From: Candidatus Caldarchaeum sp. | GTDB taxonomy: Archaea; Thermoproteota; Nitrososphaeria_A; Caldarchaeales; Caldarchaeaceae | Direction of reading: 5' to 3' | Assembly (NCBI GenBank): GCA_038885755.1 | Contig: JAVZZH010000001.1 | Coordinates: forward strand, 160,001 to 224,000 | Length of the DNA: 64,000 bases | Shown: in pieces, positions 36,750-45,494 of the stretch | Layout: each line of letters opens with the position of its first letter | Numbering within the stretch: the stretch's first letter is position 1 | The notes under the pieces: model-generated | Seen by the model: only the letters and a program-made list of their open reading frames with translations | Told to the model about the DNA's origin: nothing | Databases searched by the model: none | Position numbers and translations under genes: made by a program

Positions 36750-36864
36750 GCGGGGGTCGCCAAGCCTGGTCAATTTGGTCCAGCGTAAGCTGGACAAAGC
36801 CAGCGGCGCAGGACTGAGGCTCCTGTCCCGAAGGGGTTCGTGGGTTCAAATCCCACCCCCCGCA
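36750..36864 (+). tRNA. tRNA-Leu(GAG) with ~30-nt D-loop intron (~36774-36803)
   Basis: GCGGGGG/CCCCCGC acceptor; CAGGA-CT-GAG-GC-TCCTG; long variable arm; inserted hairpin GTCCAGC-GTAA-GCTGGAC in the D-loop. Exact junction uncertain by about 1 nt. Confidence 0.88.
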
Positions 36865-37398
36865 CACTGTGTGTATTAATCTTTATGTGATGTTTTCGCT
36901 GTTTTCAAAAGTATGGAGGGAGTGGTGGGAGTGTTTGGCCGGCGGCGTCAGCAGACCTCTTCTTGTAGGTTATTGCTCCAGCCTCTGCTGGTTGTGAAGC
37001 CTGCATGGTTGTAGAATGTCAGCCGGCGACTGGCGGGAACGTGGAGACGGTAAACACCTCACGGTATGATTTTCGAGGCCGTCGTCTCCTCCAGCCATAT
37101 CAGTATGGCTATCTCCCTAGCCTTCTCCAGAACCCATCTGAGGTCTTCGGCAAGATTGTTAACGACTGTTGGCGGTATGTATCTCCTGTAGAAGTCTGCG
37201 GAAGAGTCTATGCTCTTTTCTACGTCTGAGAACGTCATGAGCTTGGATATAACCCCTGCGTCGTCCAAAGCGCAGCACCAAGAGAACTAAGCCTGTAAAT
37301 TATGGTATGGAGTAAGGGTTTGGCGTCAGCTCTATTGAGGAAGGCTTTTCAGGAAAAATGGTTTTTAAATCCTTGACGAACCATATGAGCGGCGAAGA

Positions 37399-37473
37399 GC
37401 CCTGGTAGCTCAGCCCGGTTAGAGCGGCCGCCTCGTAAGCGGCAGGTCGAGGGTTCAAAGCCCTCCCAGGGCT
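37399..37473 (+). tRNA. tRNA-Thr(CGT)
   Basis: GCCCTGG/CCAGGGC; GCCGC-CT-CGT-AA-GCGGC; TTTAAA ~30 nt upstream. Confidence 0.95.
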
Positions 37474-37548
37474 ACTTTCCTCCAGCCGGTTGTTTGAAGC
37501 CATGATGTAGAACGTGTTTTATCTCGCGGCCTGACTGCACGTGGAGGG

Positions 37549-38637
37549 TTATATCTCGTCGAGTACACGTTTGAATGTTGTTAAGAATTTCTCGTTCTCA
37601 CGTCTGGACAAAACCGTCACCCTGAGGCAGCCGTCGACCGTGTCGGAAAGGTTTCTGACCACGATGCCCCTTTTCATCAACTCCTCATGAATTTTTGACG
37701 CGTCAACGCCCTCCATCTTGAGAAGCAGGAAGTTAGCCTTGGAGTTGAAGACCTTCACACGCCTGTCTTTCTCCAGCTTTATCCTCAGACGTTCTCTTTC
37801 AGCCACGACCCGTGCCACCCATTTCTTGATTGTTGAGACATCCCTTAAAGCATGCTCGGCGAGCTCCAGAGATATCACGCTCAAGCTGTTTGGGGGCCTT
37901 ACCTTGTTCAGATTCTTCACAGTTTCCTTCGCGGCAAGTGCGTAGCCGACCCTCGCACCGGCCAACGAGAAGGCTTTAGACAGAGTTCTCACTACAACGA
38001 GGTTGGAGTAGCTCGAAGTCAGGTCTGCGAACGTCTGGCCTGCGTACTCGTAGTATGCTTCGTCGACGACTACGATGGCGTCGAGCTCTTTCAGCAGTTT
38101 AACTAGGTCTGTTCTTTCGACGAGGTTGCCTGTGGGGTTGTTTGGGCTGCATAGAAAGACCATCCGCGTCTTGTCGCTTGCTTTGGAAAGCAGGGACTCG
38201 ACGTCGTCTCTGAAGTCCGGCTTACGGGCTACACTTACGACCCTGCCACCCATCACCTCGACGCAAACGCGGAAGTAGGAGTAGGTGGGGCTGCTCACCA
38301 TGGCTACGTCATCCCTGCCGACGTATGCCTGGGCTGTTATCATCAAGCATTCGTCAGCCCCGTTCCCGACCAAGATCTCGTCAACGTCCCTGCCCGTGTA
38401 ATCGCTCAGAGCAACTCTCAACGCCCTGTAAGTGGTGTCGGGGTATAGGTTGACGGGTAGAGAAGACAACCTTTTGGAGAGGAGTTCAAGCCATTTAGAA
38501 GGCCTGAACGGCGAAGTGTTGAGGTCCATCCTGATTATCTTCTCGGGTTTGAGCCCGTATCTCTGCGCTATCTCATAGGAAGGCGTCTCCCACGAGTAGG
38601 GCACGAAACTGCTGAGCTCCGTCCGAATGCTCGGCAT
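37549..38637 (-). CDS. hisC: Histidinol-phosphate aminotransferase
   Basis: YPD, GNGADE, CSPNNPTG, VVDEAY.E, RTLSKAFSLAGARVGY, ANF. Confidence 0.9.
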   Translation of the reverse strand: MPSIRTELSSFVPYSWETPSYEIAQRYGLKPEKIIRMDLNTSPFRPSKWLELLSKRLSSLPVNLYPDTTYRALRVALSDYTGRDVDEILVGNGADECLMITAQAYVGRDDVAMVSSPTYSYFRVCVEVMGGRVVSVARKPDFRDDVESLLSKASDKTRMVFLCSPNNPTGNLVERTDLVKLLKELDAIVVVDEAYYEYAGQTFADLTSSYSNLVVVRTLSKAFSLAGARVGYALAAKETVKNLNKVRPPNSLSVISLELAEHALRDVSTIKKWVARVVAERERLRIKLEKDRRVKVFNSKANFLLLKMEGVDASKIHEELMKRGIVVRNLSDTVDGCLRVTVLSRRENEKFLTTFKRVLDEI

Positions 38638-38718
38638 GCCGGTGAGGCTCTGACGCCTCTCCTAATATAAGCATGAACGTTAACCATTTAAATACAGATT
38701 GGCCACGGTTAGAGACGT

Positions 38719-38793
38719 GGGCCGGTAGCTCAGCATGGTTAGAGCGTTCGGCTGATAACCGAAAGGTCGGGAGTTCGAATCTCCCCCGGCCCA
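38719..38793 (+). tRNA. tRNA-Ile(GAT)
   Basis: GGGCCGG/CCGGCCC; TTCGG-CT-GAT-AA-CCGAA; TTTAAATA upstream. Confidence 0.96.
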
Positions 38794-38921
38794 GCCGTCC
38801 TACCTAGCTGGAGGAAATACTGTGGTTGTGGTTGGAGGATTACCTGTGTACCGTCGTTTCTTATACGCTTATATCTTAGTTTGAGCTCACATGAAATAAA
38901 CAGAACCCGAAGGGATAGCCG

Positions 38922-39407
38922 ATGTCAACTTATGAGGAGAGGCTTGAAAAAGCAACGAGCTTCGACGAGGTCTACAGGCTTGTGAAAGCACTCGTCATGG
39001 AGAGGTATGGCCTCCGCAGGGCGGGGATGGGCTTGGTTCTGGCCGACCTTCCGTCTCAGCTTCTGGCTTACCATGAGGTGGGGTCAAACTCCATCGTCGT
39101 CAACAGAACGCTTCTGAACGCCGTCTCTTCGATCAGCAAGTCGAGGAAAATAGTCAACAGCTATGTCTTCGTCATTCTTCTCCACGAGTATCTTCACACG
39201 CTGGGGTTTGACGAGCGTCAGACGAGGGAGCTTGTGAAGGAGGCTGTCTCATCCGTCTTCCCGTTCGAGCATCCTGCAACAAGGCTGGCCACTTCATCGG
39301 TCTACGAAGTCTTCCCAGAGCTCCGCAACATACCGCTGGCTCCGGGCCCTTCCAAGTCGGTATTAGTCAAGGACTTCGACACGGAAGGCCTGAACTACAT
39401 AGGCTGA
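38922..39407 (+). CDS. Small HExxH (zincin-like) archaeal protein
   Basis: RRAGMGLVLADL, SNSIVVN, LLHEYLHTLG. Confidence 0.7.
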   Translation: MSTYEERLEKATSFDEVYRLVKALVMERYGLRRAGMGLVLADLPSQLLAYHEVGSNSIVVNRTLLNAVSSISKSRKIVNSYVFVILLHEYLHTLGFDERQTRELVKEAVSSVFPFEHPATRLATSSVYEVFPELRNIPLAPGPSKSVLVKDFDTEGLNYIG

Positions 39408-39433
39408 TGTGAAAAAGATATATACGTTATTAA

Positions 39434-40654
39434 TTGGTGAGCCCTCACGGCTTGAGAAGCACGCAGGAAATACTGAAGAAGCTGGAGAGGATCGAGAGGC
39501 AGTACCTGTTAAGTATGCGGAATTCCGAGAACTCGAAAGCAGTATCATACTACTACGGCTGGCATCATGCCCTCGAATGGGTCTGGAAAAGAGGAGACCA
39601 AGTGATTGTCGATGAAGTAGTTGGCACGGGAAGATGCAGCGGCTGCGCGGCATGCGTAGCCATCTGCCCGACCAACGTCTTCGACTACGTGGAGGATAGG
39701 CCGATAAACACGAGGCTCAACCACTGCATAGACTGCGACTTGTGCGTCGAATCATGCCCCGAGCTTCATCTTTCGGACGTCGACGTCGAGATGAAGTCCC
39801 TCGACAGCTACGCTTCCCGCGATGACGGCTTTGGACGTTATGGCGACGTTTACCTCACGAGAAGCGCTCGCAGCGAGATCCTTAAACGTTCTCAGGACGG
39901 CGGCACTGTCTCGTCTATTCTAGTGTATTGTCTGGAGAAAGGATTGATCGATGCGGCTGTTGTCTCGACTACAACTCCTGAGAAACCTTTGTACCCGGTG
40001 GCTCGTCTCGTGTTCAGCCCTCAGGAGGTTCTCGAATGCGCAGGGTCGAGATACACCTACGCGCCTAACTTGCTGGCTCTGAGAGAGGCTTACGAGAGGG
40101 GGGTCGACAGGCTGGCTGTGGTCGGCGTGCCCTGCCAGATCGACGGGCTTCGGTATCTACAGCATTCGACTCCAGACCTAGATGTGGCTAAATGGTATGA
40201 AAAGCACGTCGTCTTCAGCGTAGGGCTCTTCTGCTCAGAGGTCTTCACCTACCAAGGTTTGATGAAATACTTTGAGGAAGTGAACGTCGACTCGTCCACG
40301 GTGGAGAAGATAAACATCAAAGGCAAAGTCATAATTACGATGAAGAACGGCGAGGAAATAGTCAAGCCGCTGAAGCAGCTCCACAAATACGAGAGACCTG
40401 CATGCAGGTTCTGTAAGGACTACTCCGCCGAGCTGGCTGATATCGCATGCGGAGGGCTTGCGACGAAGGGATGGACGATCACGGTTGTTCGGACTAGGGC
40501 GGGGCTTTCGATAGTGGAGAGCGCCATCAGGGAAGGGATGCTGGAGTCTAAGCCGGTGAGTTTGGAGGATGAGCCGATGAAGCTGTTGAGGAAATTGTGT
40601 TTGAATAAGAGAGAAAGGCCTTCGCCGCCGCTGAAAACCATGTTCAGCGTTTAA
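39434..40654 (+). CDS. F420 hydrogenase/dehydrogenase beta-subunit family protein (FrhB/FpoF-like) with ferredoxin domain
   Basis: CSGCAACVAICP and CIDCDLCVESCP; QDGG.V, AGSRY, VGVPCQ, GLFC, C..C.D..AELADI. Confidence 0.9.
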   Translation: MVSPHGLRSTQEILKKLERIERQYLLSMRNSENSKAVSYYYGWHHALEWVWKRGDQVIVDEVVGTGRCSGCAACVAICPTNVFDYVEDRPINTRLNHCIDCDLCVESCPELHLSDVDVEMKSLDSYASRDDGFGRYGDVYLTRSARSEILKRSQDGGTVSSILVYCLEKGLIDAAVVSTTTPEKPLYPVARLVFSPQEVLECAGSRYTYAPNLLALREAYERGVDRLAVVGVPCQIDGLRYLQHSTPDLDVAKWYEKHVVFSVGLFCSEVFTYQGLMKYFEEVNVDSSTVEKINIKGKVIITMKNGEEIVKPLKQLHKYERPACRFCKDYSAELADIACGGLATKGWTITVVRTRAGLSIVESAIREGMLESKPVSLEDEPMKLLRKLCLNKRERPSPPLKTMFSV

Positions 40655-40660
40655 CCCTTT

Positions 40661-40915
40661 CTATTCCTTCTTGAGTTCTTTGTTCAGCTCTTTCTCTATT
40701 TCCTCCAAGGGTTTCGGCGGAGGAGTTGTTGCAAGCGTGTATCCTATCCATCCGATTATCCCTAAGACTCCTGCGACCGCTATGAACCCCGTGAGCTTGA
40801 GCAACAACAGGTCGAGGCCTGCTAAGGGTGGGAGGAAAAGGATCCAGCCATAAACAACGACTCCAACGACGCTGCCCAGCAAAAGAACGGCTCCAAGCGT
40901 CTGGTCTCTGGCCAT
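40661..40915 (-). CDS. Small two-TM archaeal membrane protein
   Basis: DQTLG + TM, TM + WIGYTLATTPPPKP, charged tail. Confidence 0.75.
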   Translation of the reverse strand: MARDQTLGAVLLLGSVVGVVVYGWILFLPPLAGLDLLLLKLTGFIAVAGVLGIIGWIGYTLATTPPPKPLEEIEKELNKELKKE

Positions 40916-40977
40916 GCTCATAAAGCCGACCAAACCGCATATAAACTTAACTTTAGGAGATAAGAGGCCTGATCGGC

Positions 40978-41442
40978 TTGACTGAGGGTTCTAAGGTCGT
41001 TGTAAGGATTAGGCATGGAGAAAGGTTGGTGGAGTTTGAGGGTAGCCGTGAGGAGGTCTGGGCAGCGGTCAACAAGTACTTCTCCGAGACTCTCGGCCCC
41101 GTCGAGGTTGTGTCAAGGCTTCGAGGTGAAGTTGACGTCTCCGAGATTGCGGCCAAGCTGTCGGGTAAAGTTCTTCTATGCGACGGAAAAGTGGACGTGC
41201 TAGTCCAAGGGGACGCCAAGAAGAGAATAATTCTTTGTCTGGCGGCTGCTTTCGTCGGCAGGAGGTTGGGGATGGTTGGATCTGATTTCCTGTCGCCGAA
41301 GGAGGTCGCGGGCATTCTTCGCATAGACGAGCGGGTTGCGAGGGCAAGGCTTAGCGAGCTGTGGAAAAGCGGCTTGGTGGACAGGGACGAAGACGGACGA
41401 TACAGATTTAAGCCTTTCACGTCACTCAAACTGATCGAGTGA
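40978..41442 (+). CDS. Winged-HTH protein (paralogue 1)
   Basis: C-terminal LSPKEVAGILRIDERVARARLSELWKSGLV...GRY. Confidence 0.8.
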   Translation: MTEGSKVVVRIRHGERLVEFEGSREEVWAAVNKYFSETLGPVEVVSRLRGEVDVSEIAAKLSGKVLLCDGKVDVLVQGDAKKRIILCLAAAFVGRRLGMVGSDFLSPKEVAGILRIDERVARARLSELWKSGLVDRDEDGRYRFKPFTSLKLIE

Positions 41443-41449
41443 AGGGGGG

Positions 41450-41932
41450 ATGACGAGCCTCCGTGTTTCCATAGCTTACGGAGAGTTGAAGGCAGAGTTT
41501 GAAGGAGCGCCTGAAGACGTTTACGTGCAGGTCGTGAGGTTTCTGGAGCGTTCGATACCCGGGTTCGTCCTAGCGTCAAAGCTCAACGCTTTCCCCGGAG
41601 CCGAGGAGCTGCTCACGAAGCTTGGCGACGTTCTCGCTTACACGACATCCGACGGCGTTTTCGTCAAGAAACCCCTGTCTGAAATGCCTACGTCGAGCGC
41701 CCTCCTGCTGTATGCGGCTTCTAGGTATATCAACAACCTCCTCGGGTTTTCCGACAAACAGGAGTTCTCCTCGTCGGAGCTTGCTGGGGCTTTGGCGAAG
41801 CCTGAGAAAACCGTGTCGGGCCGGTTGACCGAGCTCGTTCAGCGTGGTTTTCTGAAAAGGGTTGGTAGGGGTGGATACGTCATAACACCTCAGGGGCTGG
41901 CCTATCTCGTCGAGTCGTCCGCCAGCATCTGA
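41450..41932 (+). CDS. Winged-HTH protein (paralogue 2)
   Basis: SSSELAGALAKPEKTVSGRLTELVQRGFLKRVGRGGYVITPQG. Confidence 0.82.
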   Translation: MTSLRVSIAYGELKAEFEGAPEDVYVQVVRFLERSIPGFVLASKLNAFPGAEELLTKLGDVLAYTTSDGVFVKKPLSEMPTSSALLLYAASRYINNLLGFSDKQEFSSSELAGALAKPEKTVSGRLTELVQRGFLKRVGRGGYVITPQGLAYLVESSASI

Positions 41933-42312
41933 GAGCTTTTCTCAGTGTTTTTAGAGGCTTCGACGTAGACATACCTGCGTGGCTCGCCCACCCTTTCGAG
42001 CACTCCAGACCTCACTAAGTCCAGCAGCACGTGGGCTACGGCAGTCGTGTCGTAGTGGAAACCTCGACGCTCCAGCTCCGCAGCCACCTCCGACAGGGTT
42101 CTGCCGTTCTTCATCCATCCAACGTGCACGAGTTCTTCTACGGCTTTACGGCATGTGATTGGTTTCCTGAATGATGCGGGCTTTGTGGGTTGTGGCTCGG
42201 CTGTTTTTAGGGCTGTGAGGACGTTCTTGACGGCTTCCTCTATCTTGTCGATGGGGGCTTCTACTTCTACGGTGGCTGTTCCAGTGGTTATTTTTACCTT
42301 GATCGTGCTCAA
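41902..42312 (-). CDS. Winged-HTH protein (paralogue 3)
   Basis: RTLSEVAAELERRGFHYDTTAVAHVLLDLVRSGVLERVGEPRRYVY. TTG 42312 chosen as start, ~30 nt from TTTATAT. Confidence 0.78.
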   Translation of the reverse strand: MSTIKVKITTGTATVEVEAPIDKIEEAVKNVLTALKTAEPQPTKPASFRKPITCRKAVEELVHVGWMKNGRTLSEVAAELERRGFHYDTTAVAHVLLDLVRSGVLERVGEPRRYVYVEASKNTEKSSQMLADDSTR

Positions 42313-42343
42313 TTGTTTCCACTGTTGCTCATCTTGCGCAACA

Positions 42344-42350
42344 TTTATAT
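42344..42350. promoter_or_regulatory. Candidate bidirectional TATA box between wHTH3 and nurA-like gene
   Basis: TTTATAT lies ~32 nt from both the TTG at 42312 (-) and the ATG at 42382 (+). Confidence 0.45.
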
Positions 42351-42381
42351 TTGTCCTATCAACAGAGAACGTAGCGAGTTG

Positions 42382-43404
42382 ATGACCAAGATGACCAACC
42401 AATACCTTCACCAACTAACACCCACGCCAGACATCCTAGACCTGCTAAAAACTTTTTCCGCCGTAGCTGGAGACACCGTCAAACAACTGCATGGCTCGGA
42501 GACCCTGCCCCTCCAAGCCGACGACGACTACCCCGACCTGCCTATCCAGCTTCTCACGGCAGACGTGTTCGAAACAATCCCAATCACCCACTCAAGCATC
42601 ATAGTCCCCGTAGTGGCCTGCGACATGTCCACAGTCAAGGTTGCTGAAACCACTCGTGGAAGCGTGTGGGCTGTTAGGGGAAGCATAGTCGTCAGGCATG
42701 GCTCCGAGCTCACGGCGTCCGTCGTCGGGCCCTTCATCTACAACATATCAGCCTACACAGCGGCAAAAATAGTAGACGCCCTGCTCGCCTCGCTGGGTGC
42801 TCGCCGGAGGATCAGGTTCCTAGACGTCTCAACCGCCCCAAAAATCATCAGCAACCTGTTCGAGAAACTTATCCAGCTCTACGCCGGAACTCTGGCCAAG
42901 GACGGTCTGCTCCTAGTTGACGGGGCTTTGACCGCAGGACCCATGGACAGCCCCCCGGCCGTTGTCGAGAAAATCGTGGAAACCACGCTCGGCTCAAGCT
43001 ACGGCGTCATAGCCTTCTCCAAGTCAACCACTCTGATGCTCTACGGGCAGAGAATAACTTCCTACGCAGCCGGAACCCCGCCTCCCTACGTCATCAAGCT
43101 GCCCACGCTGAGGGACTTGGTCGTGAGGAACGGGTCGGTCTACGTCGCACGCCTGTCTTCATCACGAACTCCTTTCCGAGTCGACGTCGTCTCAAGAACG
43201 AACGACGAGCAAGTTTTCAGCCTGCTTCTTTCAAGCGATAGCATCGTTAACGGATACCCCGAATCCCTGATACTTGCGCATCATCTAGCTAGACTCAACA
43301 GGCTCGACGTCCTAGGCATAAGCACGCGTCTCGAAGTCCTGATGAGGATGAAGATTACAAAGAACGATGTCAGGTCGATGCTGTTCACCCCGGTCGACGG
43401 GTGA
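42382..43404 (+). CDS. nurA: NurA-like nuclease
   Basis: VACDMS (first Asp), LLVDGAL, AFSKS, FRVD, GYPESLILAH. Confidence 0.75.
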   Translation: MTKMTNQYLHQLTPTPDILDLLKTFSAVAGDTVKQLHGSETLPLQADDDYPDLPIQLLTADVFETIPITHSSIIVPVVACDMSTVKVAETTRGSVWAVRGSIVVRHGSELTASVVGPFIYNISAYTAAKIVDALLASLGARRRIRFLDVSTAPKIISNLFEKLIQLYAGTLAKDGLLLVDGALTAGPMDSPPAVVEKIVETTLGSSYGVIAFSKSTTLMLYGQRITSYAAGTPPPYVIKLPTLRDLVVRNGSVYVARLSSSRTPFRVDVVSRTNDEQVFSLLLSSDSIVNGYPESLILAHHLARLNRLDVLGISTRLEVLMRMKITKNDVRSMLFTPVDG

Positions 43405-43411
43405 ACGACCC

Positions 43412-44911
43412 GTGAGAATTCTATCGAAAAGAGGCGACCTTCTCGAGCTAATATGCGTCCCCGCCGAGTTGGTCTTCGAGATAGGCGACTATCTCAGGAT
43501 ATCTCAGGAAGGACGAACGATGCTCGTCCAAGTGATAGACGTCTCCTATCCTGAGCTGCCCGGAACGGCCGAGGACCTTCTCAGGGACATGGTTCTTCAG
43601 GAGGTTGAGGGCAGGCGTGTGCTTGATGTTTACGACACGGATTCGGTGTCGATGTTGCTGAAGGAGACTAGGCTAGTGCTGGCTAAGATAAGGGTTGTTG
43701 TTGACGAGGGACGTCCTCGCCACAACTCCTCGTGGATTCCTAGCCGTTATTCATCTGTTTTCGAGAAGGCCACAAACGACTTTCTCCAAAAAATTGTCCA
43801 CGGCGGATGTGCCGGGCCTTTCTTCACGGTCGGCGACGTAGGGAGCGAGCCCTTTTCGCTGTCTCTGCGTGGGCTAGACGGCTGCTTAACCATCATCACG
43901 GGCAAGAAGGAGAGCGGTAAATCTCACTTGGCTAAAGTTTTGGTGGAATCGCTGGCTTCTCACGGAGCCACCGTTCTCGTCTTCGACGTCAACGGAGAAT
44001 ACCTCCAACTGGGCAAGACAGTTGAAGGCAAGAAAAGCCACATAGCTGATTCAATCCACGTCCTAGAACCGGGTAGGAACTTCAGAGCAAGCTTGCAGAG
44101 CATGGGGCTCAAAACCTTTCTAGACATACTGGAGCACGTATACGCCACGCCTTCAACGAGCCTGAGGGAGCTTGCGAGAATATGGAAGAACGCCGAGCGA
44201 CGTGGCGAAGTTAGCTTGGAAAACCTGCTGACCGCCGTGGAGAAAGAGAACATGAACGAAGCTGTCAGGGAGGCTCTCTTATCCAGGCTTCAGAGCATCA
44301 AGTCTTCAGGCTTCTTCGACGAGGACCATAACACGGACATCGAAGAGGCTTTATCCAGCAAGCCAAACGGAAACGTCGCCGTCGTCGACCTGTCGAAGCT
44401 GCTGCCCAGCACTCGAAGACTAGTTGTCGAGTATCTTCTGAGCCGTCTCTCGGGACTCCTAGGCGTGAACAAGCTCGACCCGGTTTTCCTTCTAGCTGAA
44501 GAAGCACATCTCTACCTCCGTGAAACCTACTGGGAAGACATAGTGACCAGAATGAGGCATCTGGGAGTCTTCCCGATGATAGTGACGAACCAGCCCGACA
44601 CAATTCCTGAGCTTGTTTACAGACAGGCTGATAACATTTTTCTGTTTAACTTCACGAACGACTCGGACCTTGATAAGATTGCGAAGGTTTCGAAGGTGGA
44701 CGCCGAGACTGTTAGAACCTTGGTTAAGAAGATGCCTCCAAGGTACTGTCTGGTCATCGGAAGAATTGTAAGCGACATACCTTTGATGGTCAGGGTGAGG
44801 CCGAGCAGCTTGATGACCATGGGGAGGACTAAACTGTTTTTTAGAGACCGTGAGCTGAGTAGGAGAGGGGATGAGAAACAACAGCCTGAGGAGCGTCTAC
44901 AAATTATATAG
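43412..44911 (+). CDS. herA: HerA/FtsK-like ATPase (DUF87)
   Basis: N-terminal HAS-like barrel (IGDYL...LVQVID), ITGKKESGKS, VFDVNGEY, EEAHLY, RMRHLG, TNQP. GTG 43412 chosen as start. Confidence 0.85.
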   Translation: MRILSKRGDLLELICVPAELVFEIGDYLRISQEGRTMLVQVIDVSYPELPGTAEDLLRDMVLQEVEGRRVLDVYDTDSVSMLLKETRLVLAKIRVVVDEGRPRHNSSWIPSRYSSVFEKATNDFLQKIVHGGCAGPFFTVGDVGSEPFSLSLRGLDGCLTIITGKKESGKSHLAKVLVESLASHGATVLVFDVNGEYLQLGKTVEGKKSHIADSIHVLEPGRNFRASLQSMGLKTFLDILEHVYATPSTSLRELARIWKNAERRGEVSLENLLTAVEKENMNEAVREALLSRLQSIKSSGFFDEDHNTDIEEALSSKPNGNVAVVDLSKLLPSTRRLVVEYLLSRLSGLLGVNKLDPVFLLAEEAHLYLRETYWEDIVTRMRHLGVFPMIVTNQPDTIPELVYRQADNIFLFNFTNDSDLDKIAKVSKVDAETVRTLVKKMPPRYCLVIGRIVSDIPLMVRVRPSSLMTMGRTKLFFRDRELSRRGDEKQQPEERLQII

Positions 44912-45494
44912 GAGCAAGATTCTGAGAGCTCTGAGAAGTTTCAGGGAGAACAGGAAAGACCCCTCGCGAGTCTGGGAGGAGCTGGTCTTCTGTCTCTGCA
45001 CTCCTCAGACCAGAGCCCGAAACGCCTTGAACGCTGTGGAGAAGATGAGAAGCCTTGGGTTGTTGAACAACCCTGACAGCGTCAGAACAGCTCTGGTGTT
45101 GAAGGAGTGCGGCGTACGTTTCCACAAAACGAAAGCAGACAACATACTGCGGGCTTTCAGGCAGTTCGGCGACATCCTAGACAGGCTGAAGAGCGAGAGA
45201 GATGTTTTCAAGCTCAGGGATTACTTGGTTAACAACGTCAAGGGCCTTGGCATGAAGGAGGCCAGTCATTTTCTCAGGAACATAGGGTTTGAAGAATGCT
45301 CCATCATAGACCGCCACGTGCTCAGCCACCTAGTCTCCGCAGGCTTTGTCCGCAGTAAGCCTCGAAGCTTGACGAGGAAAAGATACCTGATTCTGGAGAG
45401 GAAGTTCAAGCTATACGCCGAGAAGGCCGGGTTCAAGCCGAGTGTGCTCGACCTCGTGGTCTGGGCTGCTGCCACCGGCGAGGTTATAAAATGA
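44871..45494 (+). CDS. ogg: 8-oxoguanine DNA glycosylase/AP lyase (Ogg2 type)
   Basis: ELVFCLCTP, VRFHKTKA, KGLGMKEASHFLRNIG, IIDRH, C-terminal GEVIK. Confidence 0.93.
   Translation: MRNNSLRSVYKLYRSKILRALRSFRENRKDPSRVWEELVFCLCTPQTRARNALNAVEKMRSLGLLNNPDSVRTALVLKECGVRFHKTKADNILRAFRQFGDILDRLKSERDVFKLRDYLVNNVKGLGMKEASHFLRNIGFEECSIIDRHVLSHLVSAGFVRSKPRSLTRKRYLILERKFKLYAEKAGFKPSVLDLVVWAAATGEVIK

Noticed and set aside
36950-37290. Minus-strand 69-aa ORF between tRNA-Leu and tRNA-Thr
   Set aside because: Possibly a remnant, but no motif or clear start.
37500-37535. ATGATGT...CTGA downstream of tRNA-Thr as a C/D sRNA
   Set aside because: Only 22 nt between the boxes, an imperfect C box and no identifiable target.
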